Shown here one piece after another: positions 18,995 through 28,691 of a stretch of DNA of 64,000 bases. A model generated the notes under the pieces. It did not search any database and was not told where the DNA came from. It saw nothing but the letters and a program-made list of their open reading frames with translations. The stretch is taken from NCBI GenBank assembly GCA_021813905.1, contig JAKAJH010000005.1, forward strand, positions 26,788 to 90,787, given 5' to 3'. Position 1 is the stretch's first letter. Each line of letters begins with the position of its first letter. The stretch is from Bacteroidota bacterium (GTDB lineage: Bacteria; Bacteroidota; Ignavibacteria; UBA10030). A program made the position numbers and the translations under genes.

Positions 18995-21007
18995 ATGAGC
19001 CTTCGAATATTCACTGCATTCTGCTTTTCTGCTCTTGTCACTTCAGTGCTTCACTCGCAACCAACACTTCAAACACCCTCCTCGAGTGTCCCGCGCTGGG
19101 AGGTCTACGAGATGACGGTCGTGGACAGCGCAAAGTATGCAAATCCATTTTGGGATGTCCGTATTGATGCACAGTTTACGGGGCCCAACCTGGTTCAACA
19201 CACAGTCCACGGTTTCTTCTACGATTCCACGCTTTGGAAAGTGCGGTTTGCCCCCGACGCGGAGGGATCATGGGGGTTCTCACTGAAAGTGATCCGTCCA
19301 AAGGATACGACGACATTCTCCGGAACGTTCACGTGCGGCCCCCCCGCGAGTCACGGTTTTCTCCACATCGATCCTTCCAACGCTCACATGTTCTCTTTCA
19401 CGGATGGGACACTGTTCATGCCGCACGGCAACGTCGGCCACACACCCGCGGTGACGGCTGCCCTGCTCGGGATCCCGACCGGGACAAACCAGGTGCCCGC
19501 GATGTGGGATTCCCTCCAATCAGATGGAGTGAATACCTACCGGATCACGATGTTCGAACAGAACGCGTTCCAGGATTCGCTTTCGTGGAACACGGACGAG
19601 GGCCTCGCAAACCTCGTCTACCAGACACCCGCGCTGGATCAGTACAATCTCCGTGTCGGAAAGCTGATGGATCGATGGCTCGCCCAGGCGGCGCAGCACG
19701 ATATCAACATCTACCTTTGCATGTTCACTCTGTTCGATATCCCGGCGTACCCGTTCACATCATCGCCCTGGGCGCAATCGAACGGCGGTCCATTTGCCAC
19801 GGTGGATGCCCCGTATAGCACCACGACCGGCGTGGGGGCCGATCTCCTCCGAAAATACTACACGTATGTCACAGACCGTTGGGGGGCGTACCGAAACCTC
19901 TTCGCGTGGGAATACAACAATGAGTACGGCGTTCGGTGTTCGTCGGGATATATTGCCATGCTGGACAGCGTGATCCGCGCCAACGATCCGTACGGTCATC
20001 CCCACTCGGTTTCGTTCTGGAATGCATCATGGAGCAATACGAGCGCCGTCAACGGTCTCCCCGGAATCAACATCACAGACTCTCATCTCTATGCGAACAA
20101 CGAGTGGACGGAATTCAACATCGATTCGGCGGCAAATACCCAGGCCGTGTACCGCTACTCGACGTATGCGAAACCGGTGTTGTTTGGAGAATTTGGGAGC
20201 GGTCCGGGATTGTATACGCCCGGGTGGGTTGTCTTCCAAAGGATTGGATACTGGGCCGCGTTCGTCGGCGGAGGATACCCCGTCTTCTGGCTCTCGGGGG
20301 ACAACAATGCTTCCGGCTGGGATTTCAATCGGCAGACAATCCGATTTGTGAGGACGGTCAAGAATGTGGAGAACCGTCTCTCTGCCCCCCTGAGTCTTCA
20401 TCCGTCGAACAGCGCCGGTTCGATCGACCACCCGGCCGCCGTACGGTGTTATGTCATGACGGGTGATTCCGATCTGGTTGTGTACCTCCAGCATTTTACA
20501 AGGCATGATACCGTGATCACCGGCGTCCACGTCACGCTGACAATCCCGGCTCCGGGGTCGAACGTGTGGTCGGCGGCGTGGCTCGATCCATCGACAGGAG
20601 ATTCACTCGCGGGATCTGCCGGAGTAACCTCGAATGGTCAGATCACGCTCCTGGCGCCGAATTTCGCTGTCGATGCATTGCTCGATCTGAAGTTCTCGGC
20701 CGCACCGGCAGGAGTCATCGCCGACAGCGCAGTTGTGCCTTCAGCGTGGGAACTTGCCCAGAACTATCCAAATCCGTTCAATCCGGTAACGACGATCCGG
20801 TTCGCCGTGCCGACGAACGAGCGTACGAGGGTACGGGTGTATGATGTGATGGGACGCGAGGTCCGGACACTCTTCGATGGACCCGCGGAGCACGGACGAA
20901 CATACGAGGTCCCGTTCGACGCGTCGGGCCTGGCCAGTGGCATCTACTTCTGCCGGCTGGAGGCGGGATCGCTGGTGCAGACGAGGAAGATGGCTTTGCT
21001 ACGGTAG
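18995..21007 (+). CDS. secreted DUF5060/DUF4038-type putative glycoside hydrolase (clan GH-A-like) with C-terminal sorting domain
   Basis: VPRWEVYE..NPF..GFFYD..WKVRFAP N-domain; WEYNNE acid/base and KPVLFGEFG nucleophile motifs; CTD tail. Confidence 0.8.
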   Translation: MSLRIFTAFCFSALVTSVLHSQPTLQTPSSSVPRWEVYEMTVVDSAKYANPFWDVRIDAQFTGPNLVQHTVHGFFYDSTLWKVRFAPDAEGSWGFSLKVIRPKDTTTFSGTFTCGPPASHGFLHIDPSNAHMFSFTDGTLFMPHGNVGHTPAVTAALLGIPTGTNQVPAMWDSLQSDGVNTYRITMFEQNAFQDSLSWNTDEGLANLVYQTPALDQYNLRVGKLMDRWLAQAAQHDINIYLCMFTLFDIPAYPFTSSPWAQSNGGPFATVDAPYSTTTGVGADLLRKYYTYVTDRWGAYRNLFAWEYNNEYGVRCSSGYIAMLDSVIRANDPYGHPHSVSFWNASWSNTSAVNGLPGINITDSHLYANNEWTEFNIDSAANTQAVYRYSTYAKPVLFGEFGSGPGLYTPGWVVFQRIGYWAAFVGGGYPVFWLSGDNNASGWDFNRQTIRFVRTVKNVENRLSAPLSLHPSNSAGSIDHPAAVRCYVMTGDSDLVVYLQHFTRHDTVITGVHVTLTIPAPGSNVWSAAWLDPSTGDSLAGSAGVTSNGQITLLAPNFAVDALLDLKFSAAPAGVIADSAVVPSAWELAQNYPNPFNPVTTIRFAVPTNERTRVRVYDVMGREVRTLFDGPAEHGRTYEVPFDASGLASGIYFCRLEAGSLVQTRKMALLR

Positions 21008-21015
21008 GTTCGGTG

Positions 21016-21055
21016 GGTACGTGTGTCCGAGCGTACGATGGTACGAGGGTACATC
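21016..21055 (+). repeat. degenerate octamer tandem array
   Basis: GGTACGTG TGTCCGAG CGTACGAT GGTACGAG GGTACATC. Confidence 0.65.
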
Positions 21056-22214
21056 AGGGGGCGGGGGTATGAAAGCTCAGGCCCAGGGGAAGCATGGAGA
21101 GCGTGAAGCCAGCCGTGTATCCTCCGCCGCCTGTGACGGTCAGAAACAATCCCGGTGAGGCGCCGCCACACTCAATGATTCCGGGATAGACGTTCACGCG
21201 TAAACGCTGGTTGTACGCCTCGGAGTAGACGACCGATCCGAGCAGGGAATTCCTCCGATCATAATAGACACCGGCCATCATACCGGTGTTGATTGTGTTG
21301 GACGGAACACCGTTCTGCCAGGGAAGTGACCGAACGCCCGTGGAGGCCTGACCGACACCGAGCGAGATCGCATCCTGCGCTCCCCGCCGGAACGACAGCC
21401 CGCCGATCACAAAATTCCCGAAATGCACAAAGAGACTCGTCGAGCGCGATTCCGTCAGCGCATATTTCATCACGAAATTCTGTCCCGCATTGCGGAATGC
21501 CAGCGGCGCAAACGAGATCGCCGCGGGCTGCGACCAGTCGTTGAGGCTCAAGGTGCTTGAGAAGTACTCCGCAACGCCGTCGAAGCTGAACAGCACGATG
21601 CCCAGCGGCTGAAAGATCAGCAGGTCGGGAATGCAGTCCTCATTCGGATAGATGTTCACCCCGTTCTCGACCACCTCGTTGAAATACTCCGCCGCCATCG
21701 ATGTGACCGCGCCGAACACCGCCGGCACCGGATAGCCGTGCGCGTCATACCATTCCGTCAGCTTGCGTGAGACCATCCCGCCGCCGAGAACATGCAGCCC
21801 GTAGTTCGGCACCCACTGGAGTTCCTCCATCTTCAGGCTGCCCGGGAACACCTCCTGCCGCAGGAACCGGTTCCACCCGAAATCACTGATCACCGGCAGC
21901 GGCGACGTGATGCTGCGCCAGACACTGGTCGATCCGTTCCGCCACGGGATGTCGCCAAAGGCGCTCGAGCGCTCGAGCTGCTGAAAGGAATCGCATCCGC
22001 CGTTCACAATCACCGAGATCGGATTGAAGAGGGATTCAGAGCCGTACGGATCGCCGTGGTAGAAGTAGCGGGGACGCTCCTGGCAGAGCAGAACGAGAGG
22101 AACCAGGGTAAAGAGGAACGCGCGTACGAGGGTACGGGGGTACGAGGGTACGGGCGTACGTGGGTGCGCCGGTACGTGGGCACGAAAGATCGGGAATCGC
22201 AGGGCGACGCTCAT
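21054..22214 (-). CDS. hypothetical exported/outer-membrane protein
   Basis: Long ORF with coding-like composition and signal-like hydrophobic segment; 5' end overlaps an octamer array, so the start is uncertain. Confidence 0.7.
   Translation of the reverse strand: MSVALRFPIFRAHVPAHPRTPVPSYPRTLVRAFLFTLVPLVLLCQERPRYFYHGDPYGSESLFNPISVIVNGGCDSFQQLERSSAFGDIPWRNGSTSVWRSITSPLPVISDFGWNRFLRQEVFPGSLKMEELQWVPNYGLHVLGGGMVSRKLTEWYDAHGYPVPAVFGAVTSMAAEYFNEVVENGVNIYPNEDCIPDLLIFQPLGIVLFSFDGVAEYFSSTLSLNDWSQPAAISFAPLAFRNAGQNFVMKYALTESRSTSLFVHFGNFVIGGLSFRRGAQDAISLGVGQASTGVRSLPWQNGVPSNTINTGMMAGVYYDRRNSLLGSVVYSEAYNQRLRVNVYPGIIECGGASPGLFLTVTGGGGYTAGFTLSMLPLGLSFHTPAP
22123..22186 (+). repeat. octamer tandem array, 8 units
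   Basis: CGTACGAG GGTACGGG GGTACGAG GGTACGGG CGTACGTG GGTGCGCC GGTACGTG GGCACGAA. Confidence 0.8.
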
Positions 22215-22223
22215 TGTGCTCCC

Positions 22224-23240
22224 CTACACCTTCTTCGATCCGACCACGAGCGTTGCGCCGAAGGGCGTCGGCGTGATTCCCACGCGCGCGAGTCCCGCCT
22301 CGTGCATCCAGCCGCGCACTTCATCCAGCGTATATGTGTCCCCTTCCGCCGTGCCGACGAGCATGTTCAGCGCGAACAGCGCTCCCGCCAACGGTTCGGT
22401 CCGATCCTTGTTCATGACGTGGTCCAGGATCACCACACGACCGCCGGGATTCAGCGCGTCAGCCGCTTTTCGGATGAGCTGCCGGTTCGCCGCAGTGCCG
22501 TTACTGTGGATGATGGCCGAGAGAAACACGAGATCATATCCCTTCCCCAATGTATCGGCCGTGTAATCGCCCGCCATGGTCGTCACGCGATCCGTGAGTC
22601 CCTCCTGCGCCACGTACTGCTGCGTCAGCGGAACGACGTTCGGAAGGTCGAAGACGGTCGAGGTCAATTGCTTCTTCCGCCGCGCGAATGACATCGCGAA
22701 CGCCCCGGATCCGCCGCCAACGTCCAGCATGCGTGTCACGCCGCGCAGATCAATCAGCCCGGCGATGACGGGCGCCTGCTGACGGGCCCGCATGTGCATC
22801 GCGGCGATAAAGTACTCCAGCCAATCCGGTCCACGATCGTTCGTCGGTCTCCGCCGTGCGACCGACGTTCCCGCCCGCACTGCCTCCGTCAGCGTGCTCC
22901 AGGTGTCCCACAGTCCGAGCGAATGTCCGATCCCCGCCAGATACCCCGGCTTTCCGCGAACGAGAGAGCGCGCTGTGAGCGGCGTATTGCGGAACGAGGT
23001 TCCGCGCTTCCTCAGAAACCCCATGGCGCACAGAGCGTTCAGCAGCCGGTCGGTGGCGCGGACGTTGGCGTGGATCAGTTCGGCGATCTCCACGGACGTT
23101 CCCGCGCCTCCGGCGATAGCCGAGAAGACATCCATCTCGAACGCGGTGAGCAGCACGCGCGCCGGTCGGAATGCATAGATGGTGTCGAGAATGGCGGCAG
23201 GACTCCCGGTTTTCGGGGATGACCGACGGGATCTTTTCAT
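22224..23240 (-). CDS. SAM-dependent O-methyltransferase (Methyltransf_2 with dimerisation domain)
   Basis: LDVGGGSG, FDLP, AGDY, LSAIIH, LNPGGRVVILD; ATGA overlap with the upstream gene. Confidence 0.9.
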   Translation of the reverse strand: MKRSRRSSPKTGSPAAILDTIYAFRPARVLLTAFEMDVFSAIAGGAGTSVEIAELIHANVRATDRLLNALCAMGFLRKRGTSFRNTPLTARSLVRGKPGYLAGIGHSLGLWDTWSTLTEAVRAGTSVARRRPTNDRGPDWLEYFIAAMHMRARQQAPVIAGLIDLRGVTRMLDVGGGSGAFAMSFARRKKQLTSTVFDLPNVVPLTQQYVAQEGLTDRVTTMAGDYTADTLGKGYDLVFLSAIIHSNGTAANRQLIRKAADALNPGGRVVILDHVMNKDRTEPLAGALFALNMLVGTAEGDTYTLDEVRGWMHEAGLARVGITPTPFGATLVVGSKKV

Positions 23241-23719
23241 GACGCCGCGCCTTTCTCCCCCGGCGAATCGCCAATGCGGAACCGGATCCGCAGCAGTCCG
23301 TTCTGTCGATCGGTCGAAATGATGCGGAATGATCCGATCGTGCCGCTGGAGGCGGCATGTTCTCCGCTGCACGGGCACGCGTCGTAATCTCCCACGGTCA
23401 CAATCCGGACCGTTTCCCCGGCGTCCGCGGGCAGGCGGGTCAGGTCGATCTCCTGCGCGGCTTCGGCGCGAGGCTTCAGCACGGCACGGATCGGCAAATC
23501 GGCCCGGATGACCTCATTGACGCGCTGTTCGATCTCTGCGATCTCGGCCGGCGTCAGGTCCCGGTCGATCCGGTAGTCGCACTTTGATTTCTTCGGTTCG
23601 ATGTGCGCGCTGACGGCCCGTCCGCAGTTGAACATCCGCACCATCGTCTGGTTGAGGATGTGCTCGGCGGAGTGCATCCGCGGATCGTAGCGCTTGGCGT
23701 TGGGTGTGTACTCGTTCAT
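23237..23719 (-). CDS. stand-alone AlaX-like aminoacyl-tRNA editing protein (tRNA_SAD)
   Basis: HSAEH (HxxxH) and CPCSGEH (CxxxH) zinc-binding editing motifs. Confidence 0.85.
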   Translation of the reverse strand: MNEYTPNAKRYDPRMHSAEHILNQTMVRMFNCGRAVSAHIEPKKSKCDYRIDRDLTPAEIAEIEQRVNEVIRADLPIRAVLKPRAEAAQEIDLTRLPADAGETVRIVTVGDYDACPCSGEHAASSGTIGSFRIISTDRQNGLLRIRFRIGDSPGEKGAAS

Positions 23720-23953
23720 GCAGCGATCTCCGGAGCCGGCGTTCCTCCAGCCGCGCTCCGGACTATGATACCGGTTTTCCGCCGCGGATTCAATCCGACG
23801 ATGACCCGCTCGACGTGCCGGATTCGTCGGCGCGCAGATCGTCGAGCGTCTGCCCGATGCGTCGGTACAATTCCCGGCGATCATTGGATGCCGATGGAGG
23901 GAGGAGTGTTCCAGCCGAACCGGGAAATCGTGCGGCGCCGGTCCGCGGTCGCG

Positions 23954-24751
23954 TCAGTGCGTACCGGTCGCGAGGCGCTGCAGCATCCGTTCAGCGTCGT
24001 CACGCTGCAGCTGCTCGCGCTGGCAGGTGGGCGGGATGGTGAGGACTATCTGCAGTTCGGCCTTCGCGTCGTCCATCCTGCCCGTGGCCCGATAGACCCA
24101 CGAGAGTTCGAAATGGGCGTACGGATTGTCCGGGTCCAGCACGAGGGCCCGTCGAAGATGCTGCTCGGCTTCTTCATAGGTCCCGCCAAGATTCTTTCCG
24201 AGAATGCCGTTGACGATCGTCCGCTCGAACCATCCGAGGCGTGCCACGCCGCGATAGTAGACCCCGAGGATGACATGCGCCATGGCGAACGAGGAATCGA
24301 TGGCAAGCGCCCGTTCGGCGTTCGCCCGGACGTCGTGGCTCAACTCGAGCTTTTCGCCCAGCGATTTGAAGGGGACAAGACTGCCGTGACAGAGGGCGAG
24401 ATAGAACCAGGTTTCCGCGCTGTCCGGATACTGCGAACGGAGACGCTCCGCGTATGCGATCGCGCTGCGATAGTACGACTCGGCGTCGGGGGATTTACGC
24501 AGGAGCAGGCGGCCCATGTCGTTGTTCACGCGCGATAGCCGGACCAGCACCGCGTAGTCGGTCGGCGCGAGCTTCTCCGCCTCGAGATACGCCTGCAGCG
24601 CCCCGGCATTGTTCATCGACCGGAACAGCCGGTCGCCGCGGTTGAGAAGGATGGCCACAGAACTGTTCCCGCTCTCTGCGGCGCGGGCGAGCGAGCCGGC
24701 AAAGAGCAGGCCGGTGATGAGCACAACGATGCGCATTCGACGGAACTTCAT
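23954..24751 (-). CDS. exported tetratricopeptide-repeat protein
   Basis: Signal peptide; repeated A-L-x-L-D-P helical TPR patterns. Confidence 0.8.
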   Translation of the reverse strand: MKFRRMRIVVLITGLLFAGSLARAAESGNSSVAILLNRGDRLFRSMNNAGALQAYLEAEKLAPTDYAVLVRLSRVNNDMGRLLLRKSPDAESYYRSAIAYAERLRSQYPDSAETWFYLALCHGSLVPFKSLGEKLELSHDVRANAERALAIDSSFAMAHVILGVYYRGVARLGWFERTIVNGILGKNLGGTYEEAEQHLRRALVLDPDNPYAHFELSWVYRATGRMDDAKAELQIVLTIPPTCQREQLQRDDAERMLQRLATGTH

Positions 24752-24817
24752 CGCGGGAGCCTCCTCCCGGAACGTACGTCAAAGTCCGCTGAAGCTCAAC
24801 GGGGAAGCGTATCGCTC

Positions 24818-25651
24818 CTAGCGGAGCACGATGTGCACTGAATCGGCGGTCAGCGCGGCGAAGTATCCGAGCGAGCCGTTGGAGAGATTGGTGTTCGGAT
24901 TTGCGGGGGCGAGCGCGGTGGGGCTCCGGTCGAACGAAAGAATGTTCCGGAGCGTCGAGTAGTATTCGTAGGTCGCCCGGTCGACCGAGAACAGCGCAAC
25001 GGTCAGGGTGTCGCCCGGATCAATGTTCCGACTGGCGCGGATCTGGTAGGTTGCCTCGTTGCCGTTCAGCAGCTTGTCTGAGACGAGCAGATAGCGCTGC
25101 CCCGTGATCGAATCCGGCGGCATCATGTTCGTATGGACGATGACGCGGTAGTAATTCTCCTGCGTCGGCGGGTCTTTGAACTTCACGAAGATGTTATAGC
25201 CCCGGTCCCCGTCGGGGGCCCGCAGGACGGTGGTGTACACCGAATCGATCCGGATCTTCTGCGGCATGACGGAGGTGCCGTCGTACTCCTTCCCTTCCGC
25301 CACGACGGAAAGCTGATACGTCCGTCCCTCCACGCCGCTCAGGCGGGAAGAGACATATTTCCCGGGTGCCGCCTCGCGCAGCGTATCGATCGTTCCGGCG
25401 TTATCGCGCAGCACCACGGTGGCGCCCGACACGGTCGGGAAGACCAGCGACGGCTCGAAGTAGCTGCCGGTCTTCGTGATCGACACCGTGTACGGGCCGG
25501 GCCCGTCCGTCACCACGCCCTCGATGACGATGTGCGGATCCGCTTTGTTCAGGTCGATCGATACCACGCGCTGGCAGGCGCCAAGGCCGAGGGTCAGCAG
25601 GATCACGGCCGCCGGCAGGATCCATCGTTGCGGGAGCATTGTTGAGTTCAT
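24818..25651 (-). CDS. DUF4249 family lipoprotein
   Basis: Lipobox LGAC; IVIEG...GATV...F-x-D-P...NYY...NP.TN.SNG.LGYF; follows a TonB receptor. Confidence 0.85.
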   Translation of the reverse strand: MNSTMLPQRWILPAAVILLTLGLGACQRVVSIDLNKADPHIVIEGVVTDGPGPYTVSITKTGSYFEPSLVFPTVSGATVVLRDNAGTIDTLREAAPGKYVSSRLSGVEGRTYQLSVVAEGKEYDGTSVMPQKIRIDSVYTTVLRAPDGDRGYNIFVKFKDPPTQENYYRVIVHTNMMPPDSITGQRYLLVSDKLLNGNEATYQIRASRNIDPGDTLTVALFSVDRATYEYYSTLRNILSFDRSPTALAPANPNTNLSNGSLGYFAALTADSVHIVLR

Positions 25652-25657
25652 GACGCG

Positions 25658-27997
25658 TCAGAAGTTGAAGTTGTACGTGAGTGACGGAATGATCGGAAAG
25701 AGCGTGAACTGCACCGCTTCCGTTTTCTGCGGATCGTTCCGGTTCTGGCGGAACGAGATCGCATACGCGTTCGCGCGGTTGTACGCGTTATACAGCGAGA
25801 AGTTGAGATTTGAGCGCGTGCTGAAATTGTACGTCACCGACAGATCCAGCCGGTGATAGGCCGGCATCCGATAGCCGTTGCGCTCCGTGTAGTACGGCAC
25901 GAGGCGCCCGTCCACCCAGTAATTGCCGCTCGGGAAGGTCACCGCATTGCCGGTGTTGTAGACCCACGTCGCGCCGAAGTTCCACGTCGGGCTGAAGTCG
26001 TACATCACCACCAGCGAGATGTCGTGTGTCCGGTCCTGTCGCGCCGGGAAAGCGTTGCCGTTGTTCACCTCCGCGAACTGCTCCTGCGTCTTCGAGAGCG
26101 TGTAACCCAGCCAGCCATGTACCGGGCCGGCATTCTTGCGCACCAGCAGTTCGACGCCGTAGCTCCATCCTTTTCCGTATTGCAGCTGCGACTCGACATC
26201 CGGATTCAGCTGCAAATCGGCGCCGTTCTTGTAGTCGATGAGGTCGCTCATGCTCTTGTAGTAGACCTCTACCGACGTCTCATAGGCGTCATCCGCGAAG
26301 TTCCGGTAGTAGCCGGTCGAGTACTGGTCAGCGTGCTGCGGCGGCACATTGTTGCTGCTCGGGACCCACAGGTCGCTCGGATTCGTGGTCGTAGAGTTGG
26401 ACAGAAGATGCAGGTACTGCGCCGTGCGCGTGTACGCGGCCTTGATCGAGCTGTTCTCGTCCAGCAGGAACGTGCCCGCGATGCGCGGCTCGAGACTCGC
26501 GTATGTCCGGATCGGCGACCCGGAGCCGTAGTACTGCGTGCTCACAAGATCGCCCGTTGCATCGTACGTGCGCGCCGTACCGGGGCCGAGCAGCGTGAAC
26601 GACGATGCCCGGAGGCCGTAGTCCACTTTGAGTGTCGGGAGGATCTGCAGCTCGTGCGAGATGTACGCGGCGCTCTCGAGTGCGTACCGGTGCTCCAGCG
26701 TCAGATCGTTCGCCTGGCTCGTCGGTCCGGACGTGACCGCTCCCGGACGGAACGTATGGTAGATGGCGTTGGCGCCGAACTTGACCGTGCTGCGTGGAGA
26801 CGGAAAGTACTCGAAGTCCAGCTTCGCGTTGAGATCCTGGATACCCGATGTGATCTCATACTGGCTGGTCCCTGCTCCCACCGTGTTCGTGTACCGATAA
26901 TCGCTGAAGATGAGCGACGTATTGGCGAAAAGCTGGTCACCGAAGAGATGGTTCCACCGCAGCGTCGCGGTAGCGTTGCCCCAGTCGAACCCGAACAAAT
27001 CCGGATAATTGAAGTTGTCCCGCCCGAAGTAACCCGAGAGAAAGACGCGGTCGTGATCGCCCAGCCGGTAGCTCGCCTTGGCGTTGAGATCATAGAAATA
27101 CAGGCTGGCCCGGTTGATGGTCGTGTCGCTGGAGAGTTTCAGGAACAGGTCGGCGTACGTGCGCCGGCCCGAGATGAGGAATGATCCGCGGTCCTTGACG
27201 ATCGGCCCTTCCAGCGTCAGCCGCGATGCGAGCAGTCCGATGCCGCCTGTGCCGCCGAATTCCTTCTCGTTCCCGTCGTTCGTCCGAATATCCAGCACGG
27301 AGGAGAGACGCCCGCCGTATTCCGCCGGGATGTCGCCCGTCATGACGCTTACGTCCTTGATCGCGTCCGAATTGAAGACCGAGAGGAATCCCAGCAGATG
27401 CGAGGAATTGTAGACCGGCGCTTCGTCCAGAAGGATGAGGTTCTGATCGATGTTCCCTCCGCGTGCGTAGTAGCCGGTGTTCCCCTCGCCCGCCGATTCG
27501 ATGCCGGGCAGAAGCTGGATGGTTTTGAGAATGTCCCGTTCCCCCAGCAGCACCGGCACGGACTTCACCTCGCTGATCGCCAGCTTTTTCACTCCCATGT
27601 CGGTGGAGGTGACGTTCGTCCTGAGCCGTTCGCCCGACACGACTACCTCGCTCACCCGGATCGGTTCGGGAGAAAGCGCTAAGTCGAAATGCCGGTTCTC
27701 GGTGAGACGAACGGTGTCCACGGTCGGGTGGAAACCCAGATACTGGGCAACGACGGTGTACGTGCTCTCCGGCAGCGTCAGGGAGAAGAATCCGTACGCG
27801 TTCGTCAGCGTGCCCACGGACCGCAGTTCCTGTACCACCACCGTGGCGCCGATGAGCGCTTCGCCCGTCTCGGCATTCTTCACCGTACCGCTGATGGTGA
27901 ACGTGCGTTGCGAACGCGCCGGTGCCGGCAGCAGCAGCGCGACCAGCAGCGCCGCGGGCAACCAACGCGTCTGTCCCGGCATGTGTACGCTCCTCAT
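25658..27997 (-). CDS. TonB-dependent receptor (CarboxypepD_reg N-domain, plug, barrel)
   Basis: ISGTVKNAETGEALIGA, LLPG, RGG..DQN.ILLD, YGGRLSSV, YHRLDLS, terminal YNFNF. Confidence 0.93.
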   Translation of the reverse strand: MRSVHMPGQTRWLPAALLVALLLPAPARSQRTFTISGTVKNAETGEALIGATVVVQELRSVGTLTNAYGFFSLTLPESTYTVVAQYLGFHPTVDTVRLTENRHFDLALSPEPIRVSEVVVSGERLRTNVTSTDMGVKKLAISEVKSVPVLLGERDILKTIQLLPGIESAGEGNTGYYARGGNIDQNLILLDEAPVYNSSHLLGFLSVFNSDAIKDVSVMTGDIPAEYGGRLSSVLDIRTNDGNEKEFGGTGGIGLLASRLTLEGPIVKDRGSFLISGRRTYADLFLKLSSDTTINRASLYFYDLNAKASYRLGDHDRVFLSGYFGRDNFNYPDLFGFDWGNATATLRWNHLFGDQLFANTSLIFSDYRYTNTVGAGTSQYEITSGIQDLNAKLDFEYFPSPRSTVKFGANAIYHTFRPGAVTSGPTSQANDLTLEHRYALESAAYISHELQILPTLKVDYGLRASSFTLLGPGTARTYDATGDLVSTQYYGSGSPIRTYASLEPRIAGTFLLDENSSIKAAYTRTAQYLHLLSNSTTTNPSDLWVPSSNNVPPQHADQYSTGYYRNFADDAYETSVEVYYKSMSDLIDYKNGADLQLNPDVESQLQYGKGWSYGVELLVRKNAGPVHGWLGYTLSKTQEQFAEVNNGNAFPARQDRTHDISLVVMYDFSPTWNFGATWVYNTGNAVTFPSGNYWVDGRLVPYYTERNGYRMPAYHRLDLSVTYNFSTRSNLNFSLYNAYNRANAYAISFRQNRNDPQKTEAVQFTLFPIIPSLTYNFNF

Positions 27998-28072
27998 ACG
28001 CGGATCACGAGCTCATCGTTCGTCAGTGTGGTCTGGTGCATGGCGAGGGGACTCGGGGCGCGGGTCCCGCGG

Positions 28073-28282
28073 TCACCTGTCCGCTGGTGCTGAAGCGCGA
28101 GCCGTGACAGGAACGGACGAATTCGCCGCCGCTGAAATCGGAGACGAGACATCCCTGGTGCGTGCGGATCCCGGGTCAAGCCCGGCGAAGAGCGGCAGCG
28201 TCCCGGCCATCGTCAGCACTGCGATGAGCATCGGGAGACCGATCCGCGTGAACGGCTGTTGAAGCGTGAATGGACCCGTCAT
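28073..28282 (-). CDS. small putative exported protein, possibly frameshifted
   Basis: RBS-like AGAAGGGATAGG; signal-like LPMLIAVLTMAGTLPLFA; a second frame ends overlapping the TonB receptor ATG (27994-27997). Confidence 0.35.
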   Translation of the reverse strand: MTGPFTLQQPFTRIGLPMLIAVLTMAGTLPLFAGLDPGSARTRDVSSPISAAANSSVPVTARASAPADR

Positions 28283-28691
28283 TCCTATCCCTTCTGCGAC
28301 TGTAAACTGTGAAAACAACCGACGGCAGACCGCGACTCCGGCACTGAAGCGGCGGACGATCAGCAATAACGACGAACCACGATGTCGGTGTCAATCGCAA
28401 AGGATAGGGTCCTGTCGGGGGATGAACAGCGGCGCGGGTGTGCACCAGCGGAGAAATGTATCGCACGGCACTCCCCGCCGTCCGGCAGTGATTTGCCGCG
28501 AGGAGCCTGCACAGGGTCGATGACATGGACAGATCTTCATTTTGAATTTGTAACATACCGCCTCCGGAACCGGTTCCCGCGCGGTCCGCATGCCTGCCAT
28601 GCCGACTCCTGGCGGATCGGCGCGTGTGGCGATTTTCAGCAATCAGGGGTCGATTGACTGGAACGGCAGGAAGGGCTTTCCGCACGGAGAA

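Noticed and set aside
16311-22186. Short repeats as a possible CRISPR array
   Set aside because: Units are 8-bp tandem repeats without unique spacers; no cas genes in the window
28290-28690. Possible cobalamin or other riboswitch upstream of the TonB receptor operon
   Set aside because: No B12-box or other recognisable aptamer consensus by eye; an Infernal/Rfam scan would be needed
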